Assembly (NCBI RefSeq): GCF_000406145.1
Contig: NZ_CM001976.1
Location: 1,057,263 to 1,089,262 of the forward strand
From: Dickeya dadantii NCPPB 898
GTDB lineage: Bacteria; Pseudomonadota; Gammaproteobacteria; Enterobacterales; Enterobacteriaceae
Direction: 5' to 3'
DNA: 32,000 bases
Both the position numbers and the translations under genes were made by a program. Each line of letters begins with the position of its first letter. Position 1 is the first letter of the stretch. The notes under the pieces were generated by a model. It was not told the origin of the DNA. It did not search any database and worked only from the letters and a program-made list of their open reading frames with translations. Positions 1-8,311 of the stretch are shown here, one piece after another.

Positions 1-15
1 GGAATAGATCGCACG

Positions 16-402
16 ATGAACAGCCGTTTCATGCTGATATTCGCCGCCATCAGCGGGTTTGTATATGTGGCGCTGGGGGCGTTCGGCACGCATGTGCTGA
101 GTAAATCGCTGGGCGAGGCGGAAATGTCCTGGTTGCATACCGGGCTCCAGTATCAGGCGTTTCACACGCTGGCGATTATGGCGCTGTCGGTGGCGATGCA
201 TCAACGGGCGAATGTCTGGTTTTACTGGAGTGCGGCGTTTCTGGCGCTGGGTACGCTGCTGTTTAGCGGCAGCCTGTACTGTCTGGCGTTGTCGCACCTC
301 AAACTATGGGTATTTGTCACTCCGGTGGGGGGCTTGTGCTTCCTGGCGGGCTGGCTGTTACTGTTAATTGGAGCCTTACGCTTAAAGAAAAAGGCTGAGT
401 AG
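16..402 (+). CDS. ygdD: DUF423/UPF0382 inner-membrane protein YgdD
   Basis: ATG at 16. The 128-aa hydrophobic protein starts [15 protein letters not shown].., close to E. coli YgdD (about 131 aa, recalled). rlmM follows 1 nt after the stop, as in E. coli. Confidence 0.9.
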   Translation: MNSRFMLIFAAISGFVYVALGAFGTHVLSKSLGEAEMSWLHTGLQYQAFHTLAIMALSVAMHQRANVWFYWSAAFLALGTLLFSGSLYCLALSHLKLWVFVTPVGGLCFLAGWLLLLIGALRLKKKAE

Positions 403-403
403 C

Positions 404-1504
404 ATGAATAAAGTGATTTTGTACTGCCGCCCTGGATTTGAGAAAGAGTGCGCGGCGGAAATTACCGACAAGGCGGCGCGTTATAACGTCTATGGCTTTG
501 TGCGGGTAAAGGATAACAGCGGATATGTGATTTTTGAGTGCTACCAGCACGAAGACGCCGATCGGCTGATTAAGGAATTACCGTTCCGGGAACTGGTGTT
601 CGCACGTCAGATGATGGTATGCGGCGAATTGCTGCGCGATCTGCCGCCGGAGGATCGCATCACGCCGATAGTCGGGATGCTGACCGGGGCGATAGAACGG
701 GCCGGAGAGCTGCGGGTGGAAGTGCCGGATACCAACGAAAGCAAGGAACTGATGAAGTTCTGCCGCAAGTTCACGGTGCCGCTGCGCGCCGCGCTGCGGG
801 AAAACCGCATCCTGCTGGCGCAGGAGAAAGCCAACCGCCCGGTTATCCATGTATTGTTCATCGCCCCCGGTTGCTGCTATGTCGGCTACTCCTACAGCAA
901 TAACAATTCGCCGTTCTATATGGGGATTCCGCGGCTGAAATTCCCCGCCGATGCTCCCAGCCGCTCGACGCTGAAGCTGGAAGAAGCCTTTCATACCTTC
1001 GTGCCGGCGGACGAGTGGGACGAACGATTGGGCAGCGGCATGTATGCGGTTGATCTGGGCGCTTGCCCCGGCGGCTGGACCTATCAACTGGTGAAACGCA
1101 GTATGATGGTGCATGCCGTCGATAACGGTATGATGGCGCCAAGCCTGATGGATACCGGGCAGGTCATTCACCATCAGGCAGACGGTTTCCGCTTTGAGCC
1201 GCCGCGCAACAATATCTACTGGCTGGTGTGCGATATGGTGGAAAAACCAGCTAAAGTCACCAACCGCATGGCCGACTGGCTGGTCAATGGCTGGTGCCGT
1301 GAAGTGATCTTCAACCTGAAGCTGCCGATGAAAAAGCGCTACGAAGAAGTGACCCAGAATCTGGCCTTGCTGGCGCAGCGGCTGGAAGAGAACAGCATCA
1401 ATTTTGAAATTCACGCCAAACATCTCTATCACGATCGTGAAGAGGTCACCGTTCATGCACGGCGTATCTGGGGTGCGATTCCCGGCCGACGCGACGAACG
1501 CTGA
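404..1504 (+). CDS. rlmM: 23S rRNA (cytidine2498-2'-O)-methyltransferase RlmM
   Basis: 366 aa. The N-terminus [20 protein letters not shown] matches E. coli RlmM/YgdE at the same length. Synteny with ygdD. Confidence 0.93.
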   Translation: MNKVILYCRPGFEKECAAEITDKAARYNVYGFVRVKDNSGYVIFECYQHEDADRLIKELPFRELVFARQMMVCGELLRDLPPEDRITPIVGMLTGAIERAGELRVEVPDTNESKELMKFCRKFTVPLRAALRENRILLAQEKANRPVIHVLFIAPGCCYVGYSYSNNNSPFYMGIPRLKFPADAPSRSTLKLEEAFHTFVPADEWDERLGSGMYAVDLGACPGGWTYQLVKRSMMVHAVDNGMMAPSLMDTGQVIHHQADGFRFEPPRNNIYWLVCDMVEKPAKVTNRMADWLVNGWCREVIFNLKLPMKKRYEEVTQNLALLAQRLEENSINFEIHAKHLYHDREEVTVHARRIWGAIPGRRDER

Positions 1505-1509
1505 TTTCC

Positions 1510-1546
1510 ACCGCCGGTCGCTAATCTCTCGGCGTGCCGGCGGTTT
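1510..1546. terminator. Hairpin between convergent rlmM and xni, possibly a bidirectional terminator
   Basis: ACCGCCGG (1510-1517) pairs perfectly with CCGGCGGT (1537-1544), with a 19-nt loop. Only TT follows, so the U-tract is weak. Confidence 0.3.
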
Positions 1547-1554
1547 AACGCCGC

Positions 1555-2316
1555 CTAGCCCGATGCGGGCAGGCGTAGCTGTTGCAGGTTGCCATTGAGT
1601 ACCAGATCGGTTCTGAGCGTGGCGACCTCACGGCTGCGGTAAGCCATGTCCTGTTGGGATTCCAGCTTGCGGCGCCATTTCTCCGGTATCTGTTCCAACT
1701 GCTGGTATAGCGCCTCCAGCGAACCAGCTTGTTGCAATAACTGAGCGGCGGTTTTCGGCCCAATGCCGCTCACGCCGGGGATTTTGCTGCTGCTGATACC
1801 CGCCAGCCCCCAGTAATCCGGCAATTGTTCGGGCTGCACGCCGAACTCCTGCTGGATGAACGGCACATCCAGCCAGCGCTTCTGAAAGTAATCCCGAATG
1901 CGAATGGTCGGCGCCAATAGCTGACAGTAACCTTTATCGGTCGAGACAATGGTGGCCTGGTGACCTTGCGCGGCGACCTTGCAGGCCAGCGTGGCGGCCA
2001 GATCGTCGGCTTCATTGCCCGGCGAGTGCCAACTGTCCACCCCTAACGCCAGAAAGGCGTCCCTGATTTGCGGCAGTTCCTGCGACAGATTTTCCGGCAT
2101 GGGCGCGCGGCCAGCCTTGTATTCCGGCAGCAACTGGTGGCGCCAGCTCTGGTCACGCTGTTCATCGTCAAAGACGGCAACGGCATGAGTGGGTTGACTG
2201 TGCTGTATCAACTGGCCCAGCGCGTGCTGGCAGGCAGTCAGGCACGGGGAGCCTTGTACCGCATGAATGCGTCGGATCAGGTTGAGTGCGTCGACAATAA
2301 GCAGATGTACGGCCAT
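1555..2316 (-). CDS. xni: Flap endonuclease Xni (ExoIX)
   Basis: 253 aa. [25 protein letters not shown] is near-identical to the E. coli Xni/YgdG N-terminus (251 aa). Confidence 0.93.
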   Translation of the reverse strand: MAVHLLIVDALNLIRRIHAVQGSPCLTACQHALGQLIQHSQPTHAVAVFDDEQRDQSWRHQLLPEYKAGRAPMPENLSQELPQIRDAFLALGVDSWHSPGNEADDLAATLACKVAAQGHQATIVSTDKGYCQLLAPTIRIRDYFQKRWLDVPFIQQEFGVQPEQLPDYWGLAGISSSKIPGVSGIGPKTAAQLLQQAGSLEALYQQLEQIPEKWRRKLESQQDMAYRSREVATLRTDLVLNGNLQQLRLPASG

Positions 2317-2340
2317 AAGCGGTAGTCATGTGAGTCTGAG

Positions 2341-2370
2341 TCGCCGCCGGACTAGCGTCGTCGGCGGCGA
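2341..2370 (-). other. GC-rich hairpin downstream of ppnN, upstream of xni
   Basis: TCGCCGCCG (2341-2349) and CGGCGGCGA (2362-2370) form a perfect 9-bp inverted repeat. No U-tract follows on the minus strand, so its function (terminator, processing or stabiliser) is unknown. Confidence 0.3.
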
Positions 2371-2378
2371 ACTGGTGG

Positions 2379-3743
2379 TCAGGAACTGATTTCGTAGCAC
2401 GGAACGTAAGCGCTGCCGGGCAGCTTCATACGCTGCTGGGACACGAAGTCCTGCAACAGTTGGTCCATGCTCTTCATGATGTCGGCATTACCGTGCAGTT
2501 TGTAAGGGCCGTGCTCTTCGATGGCCCGAATGCCCGCCTCTTTGACGTTACCTGCTACGATACCGGAAAACGCCCGACGCAACGTCGCAGCCAACTGTTC
2601 GGCCGGCTGGTCAGGATGCAGGTTAAGGTTAGCCATGTTCTCGTGCGTCGGTTCGAACGGCAGTTGCAAGTCCGGCGCGATGCGCAGCGACCAGTTGAAG
2701 CTGTAAGCGTCGCCAGTATGGCGGCGATGCTCTTTCACCTGTGGCATGGTTTTTTTCATCTGGCGAGCCACTTCGGCGGCGTCGTTGATGATGATGGAAT
2801 AATAACGGCGTGCCTGACGGCCCAGCGTACTGACGATGAATTCGTCGAGCACCCGGAAGTAGTCGGCGCTTTCCTGCGGGCCGGTGAGAATAATCGGCAA
2901 CACCTGCTCGCTGTTGTCCGGGTCCATCATGATGCCCAGCAAATAGAGGAATTCTTCCGCAGTGCCGACCCCGCCAGGGAAAATAATGATGCCGTGACCG
3001 ATGCGCACAAACGCTTCCAGTCGTTTTTCAATATCCGGCATGATAATCAGTTCATTCACCAGCGGATTGGGCGGCTCGGCGGCGATGATGGACGGCTCGG
3101 TCATGCCGATGAAGCGCCCGTCCCGGTAACGCTGCTGAGCATGGCCTACGGCGGCGCCTTTCATCGGGGCTTCCATCGCGCCCGGTCCGCAACCGGTACA
3201 GATGTTCAGCTCGCGTAAGCCGAGCTGGCTGCCGACTTTGCGGGCGTACAGGTATTCGGTTTCATTGATCGAATGACCGCCCCAGCACACCACCAGATTC
3301 GGCTCCTCGCCGACATGCAGCGCTCTGGCGTTGCGCAGGATGGAGAACACCAGATTAGTGATGTGGGTGGAATCTTCGAGATCCAGATTTTGATAACGGC
3401 CGGCGCTGGCGATCTGCCCGTTCACAAACAGAATATCTCGCAGCACGGCGAACAGGTTGGCCTGCAGCGAACGGATAATTTGCCCGTCGACAAATGCGTC
3501 TTCCGGCGGGTTGACCAGTTCCAGCTTCACGCCGCGCTCACGGCGTAGCACGTTGATGTCGAAATCCTCGTAACGGGAGAGCAACTCCTTGCTGTTGTCC
3601 GTCTGACTGCCGGAGTTCAGGACGGCGAGGGAACAATTGCGGAATAGCCGGTAAAGATCGCTGCTGGCCGTGCTTTTCAGCATATCCACTTCCAACTGCG
3701 ACAGTAAATCCATGGACCCTAGCGGGCTGATATGTGTGATCAT
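2379..3743 (-). CDS. ppnN: Pyrimidine/purine nucleotide 5'-monophosphate nucleosidase PpnN (LOG-family, YgdH)
   Basis: 454 aa. [23 protein letters not shown] and the PGGVGTAEE motif match E. coli PpnN/YgdH at identical length. Confidence 0.93.
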   Translation of the reverse strand: MITHISPLGSMDLLSQLEVDMLKSTASSDLYRLFRNCSLAVLNSGSQTDNSKELLSRYEDFDINVLRRERGVKLELVNPPEDAFVDGQIIRSLQANLFAVLRDILFVNGQIASAGRYQNLDLEDSTHITNLVFSILRNARALHVGEEPNLVVCWGGHSINETEYLYARKVGSQLGLRELNICTGCGPGAMEAPMKGAAVGHAQQRYRDGRFIGMTEPSIIAAEPPNPLVNELIIMPDIEKRLEAFVRIGHGIIIFPGGVGTAEEFLYLLGIMMDPDNSEQVLPIILTGPQESADYFRVLDEFIVSTLGRQARRYYSIIINDAAEVARQMKKTMPQVKEHRRHTGDAYSFNWSLRIAPDLQLPFEPTHENMANLNLHPDQPAEQLAATLRRAFSGIVAGNVKEAGIRAIEEHGPYKLHGNADIMKSMDQLLQDFVSQQRMKLPGSAYVPCYEISS

Positions 3744-4005
3744 ACTACTCCCTGAAACGCAGTGTGCGACGACAGTTGTTCAAGACGTTTGCCCAACACG
3801 CAGGTTTAGATGCGTTTGTGTGATACGTTTCTTTGCTGTCTCACCTTAACGTGTCGCATAGCCTTTTGCCAAGGCATGGTAACCTCCCGACGATAAAGTT
3901 GCGCGGCGTTACGCACTTTGATGCGCATTCTGTCGACGGCAGGCGCCATAATCGGGATAGAATGTGTATTCAGTGAAATCCGACGGACCCAGAGTGAGAG
4001 GTAAG

Positions 4006-4554
4006 ATGGAGCAGCAGGTATCACAGGCGCTGAACGCATTCACCCAGCGTTATGTCGAGTTATGGCAGCGGGAAACGGGACATCCGCCAGCCAGCGATGA
4101 GCTGTATGGCGTGGCTTCGCCCTGTATCGTCGCCACGCAGGATAGCCGTGTGCACTGGCTGCCGCGGGCGCAGAGCGTGGCGGCGCGCTTGGATGGCGTT
4201 GAACGGGCGCTGGATATTCAGCTGCACCCGGATGCGCACGCCTTTTTCACCAGCCAGTTCGCCGGCGACATGACGGCCCGTTTTGACGATCTGGAATGCA
4301 CGCTGCTTCAGGCCTGGAGCGAGGACGATTTTATTCGCCTGCAGGAGAACCTGATTGGTCATCTTTTGACACAAAAACGACTAAAGTTGTCACCTACGTT
4401 ATTTCTTGCGACGACGGATTCTGAAATGGCGCTAATCTCTTTGTGCAACCTGAGCGGCGAAGTTGTGCTGGAGGAATTTGGTACACGTCAGCGTCGAGTG
4501 TTGTCATCGGATCTGGTTGATTTTCTCCATAAGCTGTTGCCATTGATTCCATAA
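4006..4554 (+). CDS. syd: SecY-interacting protein Syd
   Basis: The track ORF starts at GTG 3964. I prefer ATG 4006, which is preceded by GAGAGG and gives 182 aa against about 181 aa in E. coli Syd. Conserved stretches include [21 protein letters not shown] and CNLSGEV. Confidence 0.88.
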   Translation: MEQQVSQALNAFTQRYVELWQRETGHPPASDELYGVASPCIVATQDSRVHWLPRAQSVAARLDGVERALDIQLHPDAHAFFTSQFAGDMTARFDDLECTLLQAWSEDDFIRLQENLIGHLLTQKRLKLSPTLFLATTDSEMALISLCNLSGEVVLEEFGTRQRRVLSSDLVDFLHKLLPLIP

Positions 4555-4581
4555 TGCTGAATCGCGTTTCGCTTTTCGGCG

Positions 4582-4622
4582 TGTGAGATATCTCTTACAT
4601 TGCGTGTAAGCGATCTCTTATC
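4582..4622 (+). promoter_or_regulatory. Two adjacent UvrY/GacA-type boxes (TGTAAG-N6-CTTACA class) upstream of csrB
   Basis: TGTGAGATATCTCTTACA lies at 4582-4599, and TGTAAGCGATCTCTTATC at 4605-4622. The first is an almost perfect 18-nt palindrome of the GacA/UvrY box consensus. It sits about 180 nt upstream of the inferred csrB start, as recalled for E. coli csrB. Confidence 0.7.
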
Positions 4623-4773
4623 TTTAATATTAAACTAAGATTTCCGTTTAATTTTTACATTATTAATTAATGAATTAATGGTGTTCGTCTATAAACCGCG
4701 ATTTTTGTACGGCTATTGGGGCGTTTGGGTGGGTTGCTGATTCGGTTTAATTAATACATCTTATTATTCAGTT

Positions 4774-5117
4774 TCGTAACACGGTAACAGGTTATGTCGA
4801 CCATGCCAGGAGGGCAGGAAGCCAATTTCTGTTACAACCAGACTCTTTTTTCAGGATGAAATTAGGGACACCTCCAGGATGGAGAATGAGAGCCGGCCTG
4901 GGAATGCCGGTGGGGCAGGAGCCTAAAGGAATGCGATCACGGATGATTATGAAGGATCGACCGTCACGGATGAAAGAGGGATCGCCAGCAAGGATTGTGG
5001 GTTAGGAGGACCATCAGGGACAAGTTTTCAAGGACGAGCAGGGAAGCAACAAGGTAGCGGGACTGCTGCAAACGAACTAAGAGGGAACCGAGAAATCGGT
5101 TCCCTCTTTTCGTTTTT
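4774..5117 (+). ncRNA. csrB: CsrB/RsmB-family CsrA(RsmA)-sequestering sRNA
   Basis: There are 21 GGA trinucleotides between 4809 and 5085, many in CAGGATG, ACGGATG, AAGGAT or CAGGGA contexts. The segment GGGACACCTCCAGGATGGAGAATGAGAGCCGG and the 3' part AAGGACGAGCAGGGAAGCAACAAGGTAGC..GCTGCAAACGAAC resemble E. coli csrB as I recall it. The syd-csrB-yqcC position and orientation are conserved, and the 3' end is an intrinsic terminator. The 5' end is inferred only: a TATTAT -10-like hexamer at 4762-4767, with uncertainty of about +/-30 nt. Confidence 0.88.
5081..5117 (+). terminator. Rho-independent terminator of csrB
   Basis: GAGGGAACCG (5081-5090) pairs with CGGTTCCCTC (5097-5106) as a perfect 10-bp stem with a 6-nt loop. 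It is followed by TTTTCGTTTTT (5107-5117). Confidence 0.9.
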
Positions 5118-5232
5118 GCCTGTTGCCGTTCAGTCTGCGTCTCCCGGCGGCGGGGCGCGTCCGGGGTGCCAGAACCGAACAACGATGCTATGCTTTGCCG
5201 CCCTGTTACCGAGCCTGACGAGATCCCGGCCC

Positions 5233-5553
5233 ATGAGTGTAGAGATTCGCATCCGACAATCGCTGTTCGCTATCGAGCATGCCCTGAAGGCGAGCCCGTT
5301 ATGGCAGCCTTCCGCGCCTGATGAGGCGGCGTTTGCCAGCCAGGAGCCGTTCTGCATCGATACCATGGCGGCCGAGCAGTGGTTGCAATGGGTATTTCTG
5401 CCGCGCATGCACGCGTTACTGGACAGCGGCGCGCCGTTGCCGGCCCGGCTTGCTATCCTGCCTTACTTCGAGGTGGCGTTCGATGGGCGCTCGGATGACG
5501 TCGGCGAGTTGCTGGCGCAGTTGGGGGCGTTGGACGCCCTGTTTGAGGAGTGA
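5233..5553 (+). CDS. yqcC: DUF446 protein YqcC
   Basis: The track ORF from 5116 runs through the csrB terminator. I prefer ATG 5233, which gives 106 aa against about 109 aa in E. coli YqcC. The motifs EQWLQWVFLPRMHALLD and PYFE are conserved, and truC lies immediately downstream. Confidence 0.85.
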   Translation: MSVEIRIRQSLFAIEHALKASPLWQPSAPDEAAFASQEPFCIDTMAAEQWLQWVFLPRMHALLDSGAPLPARLAILPYFEVAFDGRSDDVGELLAQLGALDALFEE

Positions 5554-5555
5554 GG

Positions 5556-6341
5556 ATGCTGGAGATTGTTTATCAGGATGAGCATCTGATTGCGGTGAAC
5601 AAACCGGCCGGTTGGCTGGTGCACCGCAGCTGGTTGGATCGCAAGGAAAAAGTGGTGGTGATGCAAACGGTGCGCGACCAGATTGGTCAGCACGTGTTTA
5701 CCGTGCACCGTCTGGACCGTCCCACTTCCGGCGTGCTGTTGATGGCGTTGTCCCCCGAAGTGGCGCGGCTACTGGCGCAGCAGTTCGAGCAGCATCAGAT
5801 GGAGAAAACCTACCATGCGGTGGTTCGCGGCTATGTGATGGAGGACGGCGTGATTGATTACGCGCTGACGGAAGAGCTGGATCGCATCGCCGACAAATTT
5901 GCCGACCCCGACAAAGCGCCGCAGCCTGCCGTCAGCCACTATCGGGTACTGGCTCGTGCCGAAATGCCGGTGGCGATCGGGCGTTATGACACCGCCCGCT
6001 ACAGCCTGCTGCAATTGAACCCCAAGACCGGGCGTAAGCACCAACTGCGGCGACATATGGCGCATTTGCGCCATCCCATTATTGGCGACACCACCCACGG
6101 CGACCTGCGCCAGAACCGCGGCATGGCGGCGCACTTCGACTGCGCCCGCCTGATGTTGCACGCCAGCTGTTTGTCGCTGACTCACCCGGTTACCAACGAA
6201 CCGCTGGCTATCTCGGCACGCTGGGATGATCCCTGGCAGGGCGTAATGACGCAGTTTGGCTGGCAAGGCAGTCTCCCTGATGTTGAAAGGGTTGAGTTTC
6301 CTCTGGCGTCGGGTCAGGATAACGACCTGACGTCAGCATAA
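5556..6341 (+). CDS. truC: tRNA pseudouridine(65) synthase TruC
   Basis: ATG 5556 gives MLEIVYQDEHLIAVNKPAGWLVHRS, which aligns to the E. coli TruC N-terminus; 261 aa here against 260 in E. coli. The track start at GTG 5550 is 2 codons too long. GAGGAG at 5545-5550 serves as the SD. The HRLDRPTSG catalytic motif is present. Confidence 0.92.
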   Translation: MLEIVYQDEHLIAVNKPAGWLVHRSWLDRKEKVVVMQTVRDQIGQHVFTVHRLDRPTSGVLLMALSPEVARLLAQQFEQHQMEKTYHAVVRGYVMEDGVIDYALTEELDRIADKFADPDKAPQPAVSHYRVLARAEMPVAIGRYDTARYSLLQLNPKTGRKHQLRRHMAHLRHPIIGDTTHGDLRQNRGMAAHFDCARLMLHASCLSLTHPVTNEPLAISARWDDPWQGVMTQFGWQGSLPDVERVEFPLASGQDNDLTSA

Positions 6342-6359
6342 AACAGGAGAATCAGCGTC

Positions 6360-6812
6360 ATGGCGCAAGTCGGTATTTTTGTTGGCACGGTGTATGGCAA
6401 CGCGTTGCTGGTGGCGGAAGAAGCGGAAAGCATTCTTAAGGCGCACGGGCATGAAGTAAAGGTTTTCGAGGAAGCCTCGGTAGATGACTGGCTGGCTTAC
6501 AGTCAGCAGACGGTGCTGGTGGTGACCTCTACAACTGGGCAGGGGCAGTTGCCGGAGTCTATCGTGCCGTTGTACGAAACGCTGCGCGAGAAAGTCGGTT
6601 ATCAGCCGGATTTACGCTACGGGCTGATTGCGCTGGGAGACAGCAGCTACGATAACTTCTGCGGCGGCGGCCATCAGTTTGATGCCTTGCTACAGGAGAT
6701 GGGCGCGAAGCGCGTGGGCGAGCTGCTGGAAATTGATGCAACCGAGCATCCGGAACCCGAGGTGGTTTCCTGCCCGTGGGTGGAGTCCTGGGCGGCGCTG
6801 CTGGATGCGTAA
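6360..6812 (+). CDS. yqcA: Flavodoxin-like protein YqcA
   Basis: 150 aa. [23 protein letters not shown] and VTSTTGQG match E. coli YqcA (149 aa). Confidence 0.9.
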   Translation: MAQVGIFVGTVYGNALLVAEEAESILKAHGHEVKVFEEASVDDWLAYSQQTVLVVTSTTGQGQLPESIVPLYETLREKVGYQPDLRYGLIALGDSSYDNFCGGGHQFDALLQEMGAKRVGELLEIDATEHPEPEVVSCPWVESWAALLDA

Positions 6813-6843
6813 TTGCTAATGCCTATGTCGGGCGTAGGTTGTG

Positions 6844-6871
6844 AAAACGGGGCCCTCAGGCCCCGTTTCTT
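6844..6871. terminator. Bidirectional intrinsic terminator between convergent yqcA and yaeH
   Basis: AAAACGGGGCC (6844-6854), a CTCA loop and GGCCCCGTTT (6859-6868), followed by CTT. The stem is flanked by an A-run on one side and a T-run on the other, so it works on both strands. A second small hairpin, GGCTGC/GCAGCC, lies at 6882-6896. Confidence 0.75.
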
Positions 6872-6912
6872 ATGCCGGATTGGCTGCGTTGCAGCCTGGT
6901 TGTCGACGCTAC

Positions 6913-7299
6913 TTAGCGCTGGGTCAGTTTTTCCAGATCGGATTCGATTTCGCTGATCTTGTTGGTGACGACGCTTTCCAGATGACGCAGGTCGGACAGT
7001 ATCTTGCGCTTCAAATCCACCTCAACCTGATCGCGCTGGCAAATCTGATCGAGCTCGTCCACCACATAACGCAGATTGGGGCTGATCTCGTTGATTTCCT
7101 TGTAACCCTGCCCAGCGTTGTCTGCGACGATGGTCTTGCGCTGGCGCGGATATTTGAACTTGACGCTTTTAGCGAAAAATTCCCCTTTATCCTTGCGAAA
7201 GTAAATTTTCAGAATATCGTTGCTGGCTTCCTGACGGAGGCTATAGCGGTCGATATCTTCCGGGTTGGAAATCCCAAGACTTTTCAGATTGTCGTACAT
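6913..7299 (-). CDS. yaeH: UPF0325 protein YaeH
   Basis: 128 aa. [25 protein letters not shown] is near-identical to E. coli YaeH at the same length. Confidence 0.9.
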   Translation of the reverse strand: MYDNLKSLGISNPEDIDRYSLRQEASNDILKIYFRKDKGEFFAKSVKFKYPRQRKTIVADNAGQGYKEINEISPNLRYVVDELDQICQRDQVEVDLKRKILSDLRHLESVVTNKISEIESDLEKLTQR

Positions 7300-7373
7300 A
7301 ACACCACCTTTCTTGTTTTACGTCGGCTTGAAAAACTGGGCCAGTGTTGTTGGTCGTGACGGCTTGATGCCGT

Positions 7374-7400
7374 AAAAAATGGCGGGTGATAGCCCGCCAT
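7374..7400 (-). terminator. Rho-independent terminator of dapD
   Basis: On the minus strand, AATGGCGGG, a loop and CCCGCCATT are followed by a T-run. On the plus strand this is the A-run 7374-7379 with stems 7379-7386 and 7393-7400 (8 bp). It starts 22 nt after the dapD stop. Confidence 0.8.
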
Positions 7401-7421
7401 TCAGTTTAGTCGATAGTGGTA

Positions 7422-8246
7422 TTAGTCGATAGTGCGTAATAACTCATTAATCCCCACTTTACCGCGGGTTTTCGCATCCACTTTTTTCACGATCACTGCG
7501 CAATACAGGCTGTGGCTGCCGTCTTTAGCGGGCAGGTTGCCGGATACCACCACCGAGCCCGCCGGCACGCGGCCGTAATGGATTTCGCCGGTTTCACGGT
7601 CGTAAATGCGGGTGCTCTGGCTGATGAATACGCCCATCGAGATCACCGAGCCTTCTTCCACGATCACGCCTTCCACGACTTCGGAGCGGGCGCCGATGAA
7701 GCAGTTGTCTTCGATAATGGTCGGGTTAGCCTGCAGCGGTTCCAGCACGCCGCCGATGCCGACGCCGCCGGACAGGTGCACGTTTTTGCCGATCTGAGCG
7801 CAGGAGCCGACGGTCGCCCAGGTGTCGACCATCGAGCCTTCGTCGACGTAGGCGCCGATGTTGACGTAAGACGGCATCAGCACGGTGTTACGGGCGATAA
7901 ACGCGCCCTGACGTACGCTGGCAGGCGGCACGACGCGGAAACCTTCGCGCTGAAAGCGCGCTTCATCGTAACCGGCGAATTTCATCGGCACTTTGTCGTA
8001 GTAGCGGGTTTCGGAGCCTTCCATCAGTTGGTTATCATTGATGCGGAAAGAGAGCAGCACCGCTTTCTTCAGCCACTGATGCGTCACCCATTGGCCGTTG
8101 ATTTTCTCAGCCACGCGCAGCATACCGCTGTCTAACTGGCTGATAACCTGATTCACCGCTTCGCGTGTCACCGTGTCCACATTGGCCGGGGTGATGTCTG
8201 CGCGACGCTCAAATGCGGTTTCGATGATGTTCTGTAATTGCTGCAT
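7422..8246 (-). CDS. dapD: 2,3,4,5-tetrahydropyridine-2,6-dicarboxylate N-succinyltransferase
   Basis: 274 aa. [22 protein letters not shown] ... [12 protein letters not shown] is near-identical to E. coli DapD at the same length. Confidence 0.95.
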   Translation of the reverse strand: MQQLQNIIETAFERRADITPANVDTVTREAVNQVISQLDSGMLRVAEKINGQWVTHQWLKKAVLLSFRINDNQLMEGSETRYYDKVPMKFAGYDEARFQREGFRVVPPASVRQGAFIARNTVLMPSYVNIGAYVDEGSMVDTWATVGSCAQIGKNVHLSGGVGIGGVLEPLQANPTIIEDNCFIGARSEVVEGVIVEEGSVISMGVFISQSTRIYDRETGEIHYGRVPAGSVVVSGNLPAKDGSHSLYCAVIVKKVDAKTRGKVGINELLRTID

Positions 8247-8277
8247 CCTGTTTCTCTTTCGTTATTAATCAAACCAG

Positions 8278-8304
8278 GCCGCGTGCCGCTATGCGGGGCG
8301 CGGC
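8278..8304 (-). other. GC-rich hairpin between glnD stop and dapD start
   Basis: GCCGCG (8278-8283) pairs with CGCGGC (8299-8304), and an inner CCGC/GCGG pairing extends the stem. No clear U-tract follows on the minus strand. Confidence 0.3.
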
Positions 8305-8311
8305 TTAATAT

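Noticed and set aside
3806-4039. 77-aa minus-strand ORF in the ppnN-syd divergent spacer
   Set aside because: It overlaps the syd start and promoter region and has no RBS. The sequence is arginine-rich and low-complexity, so it is most likely a chance ORF.
4678-4740. 20-codon ORF (MVFVYKPRFLYGYWGVWVGC) in the csrB promoter region
   Set aside because: There is no Shine-Dalgarno sequence upstream, where the sequence is pure AT (TTAATTAATGAATTA). It lies inside the presumed activator-to-promoter spacer of csrB, and an ORF this short is expected by chance.
4964-5182. 72-aa minus-strand ORF
   Set aside because: It lies antisense across the 3' half and terminator of csrB, and is an artefact of the GGA/TCC-rich sequence.
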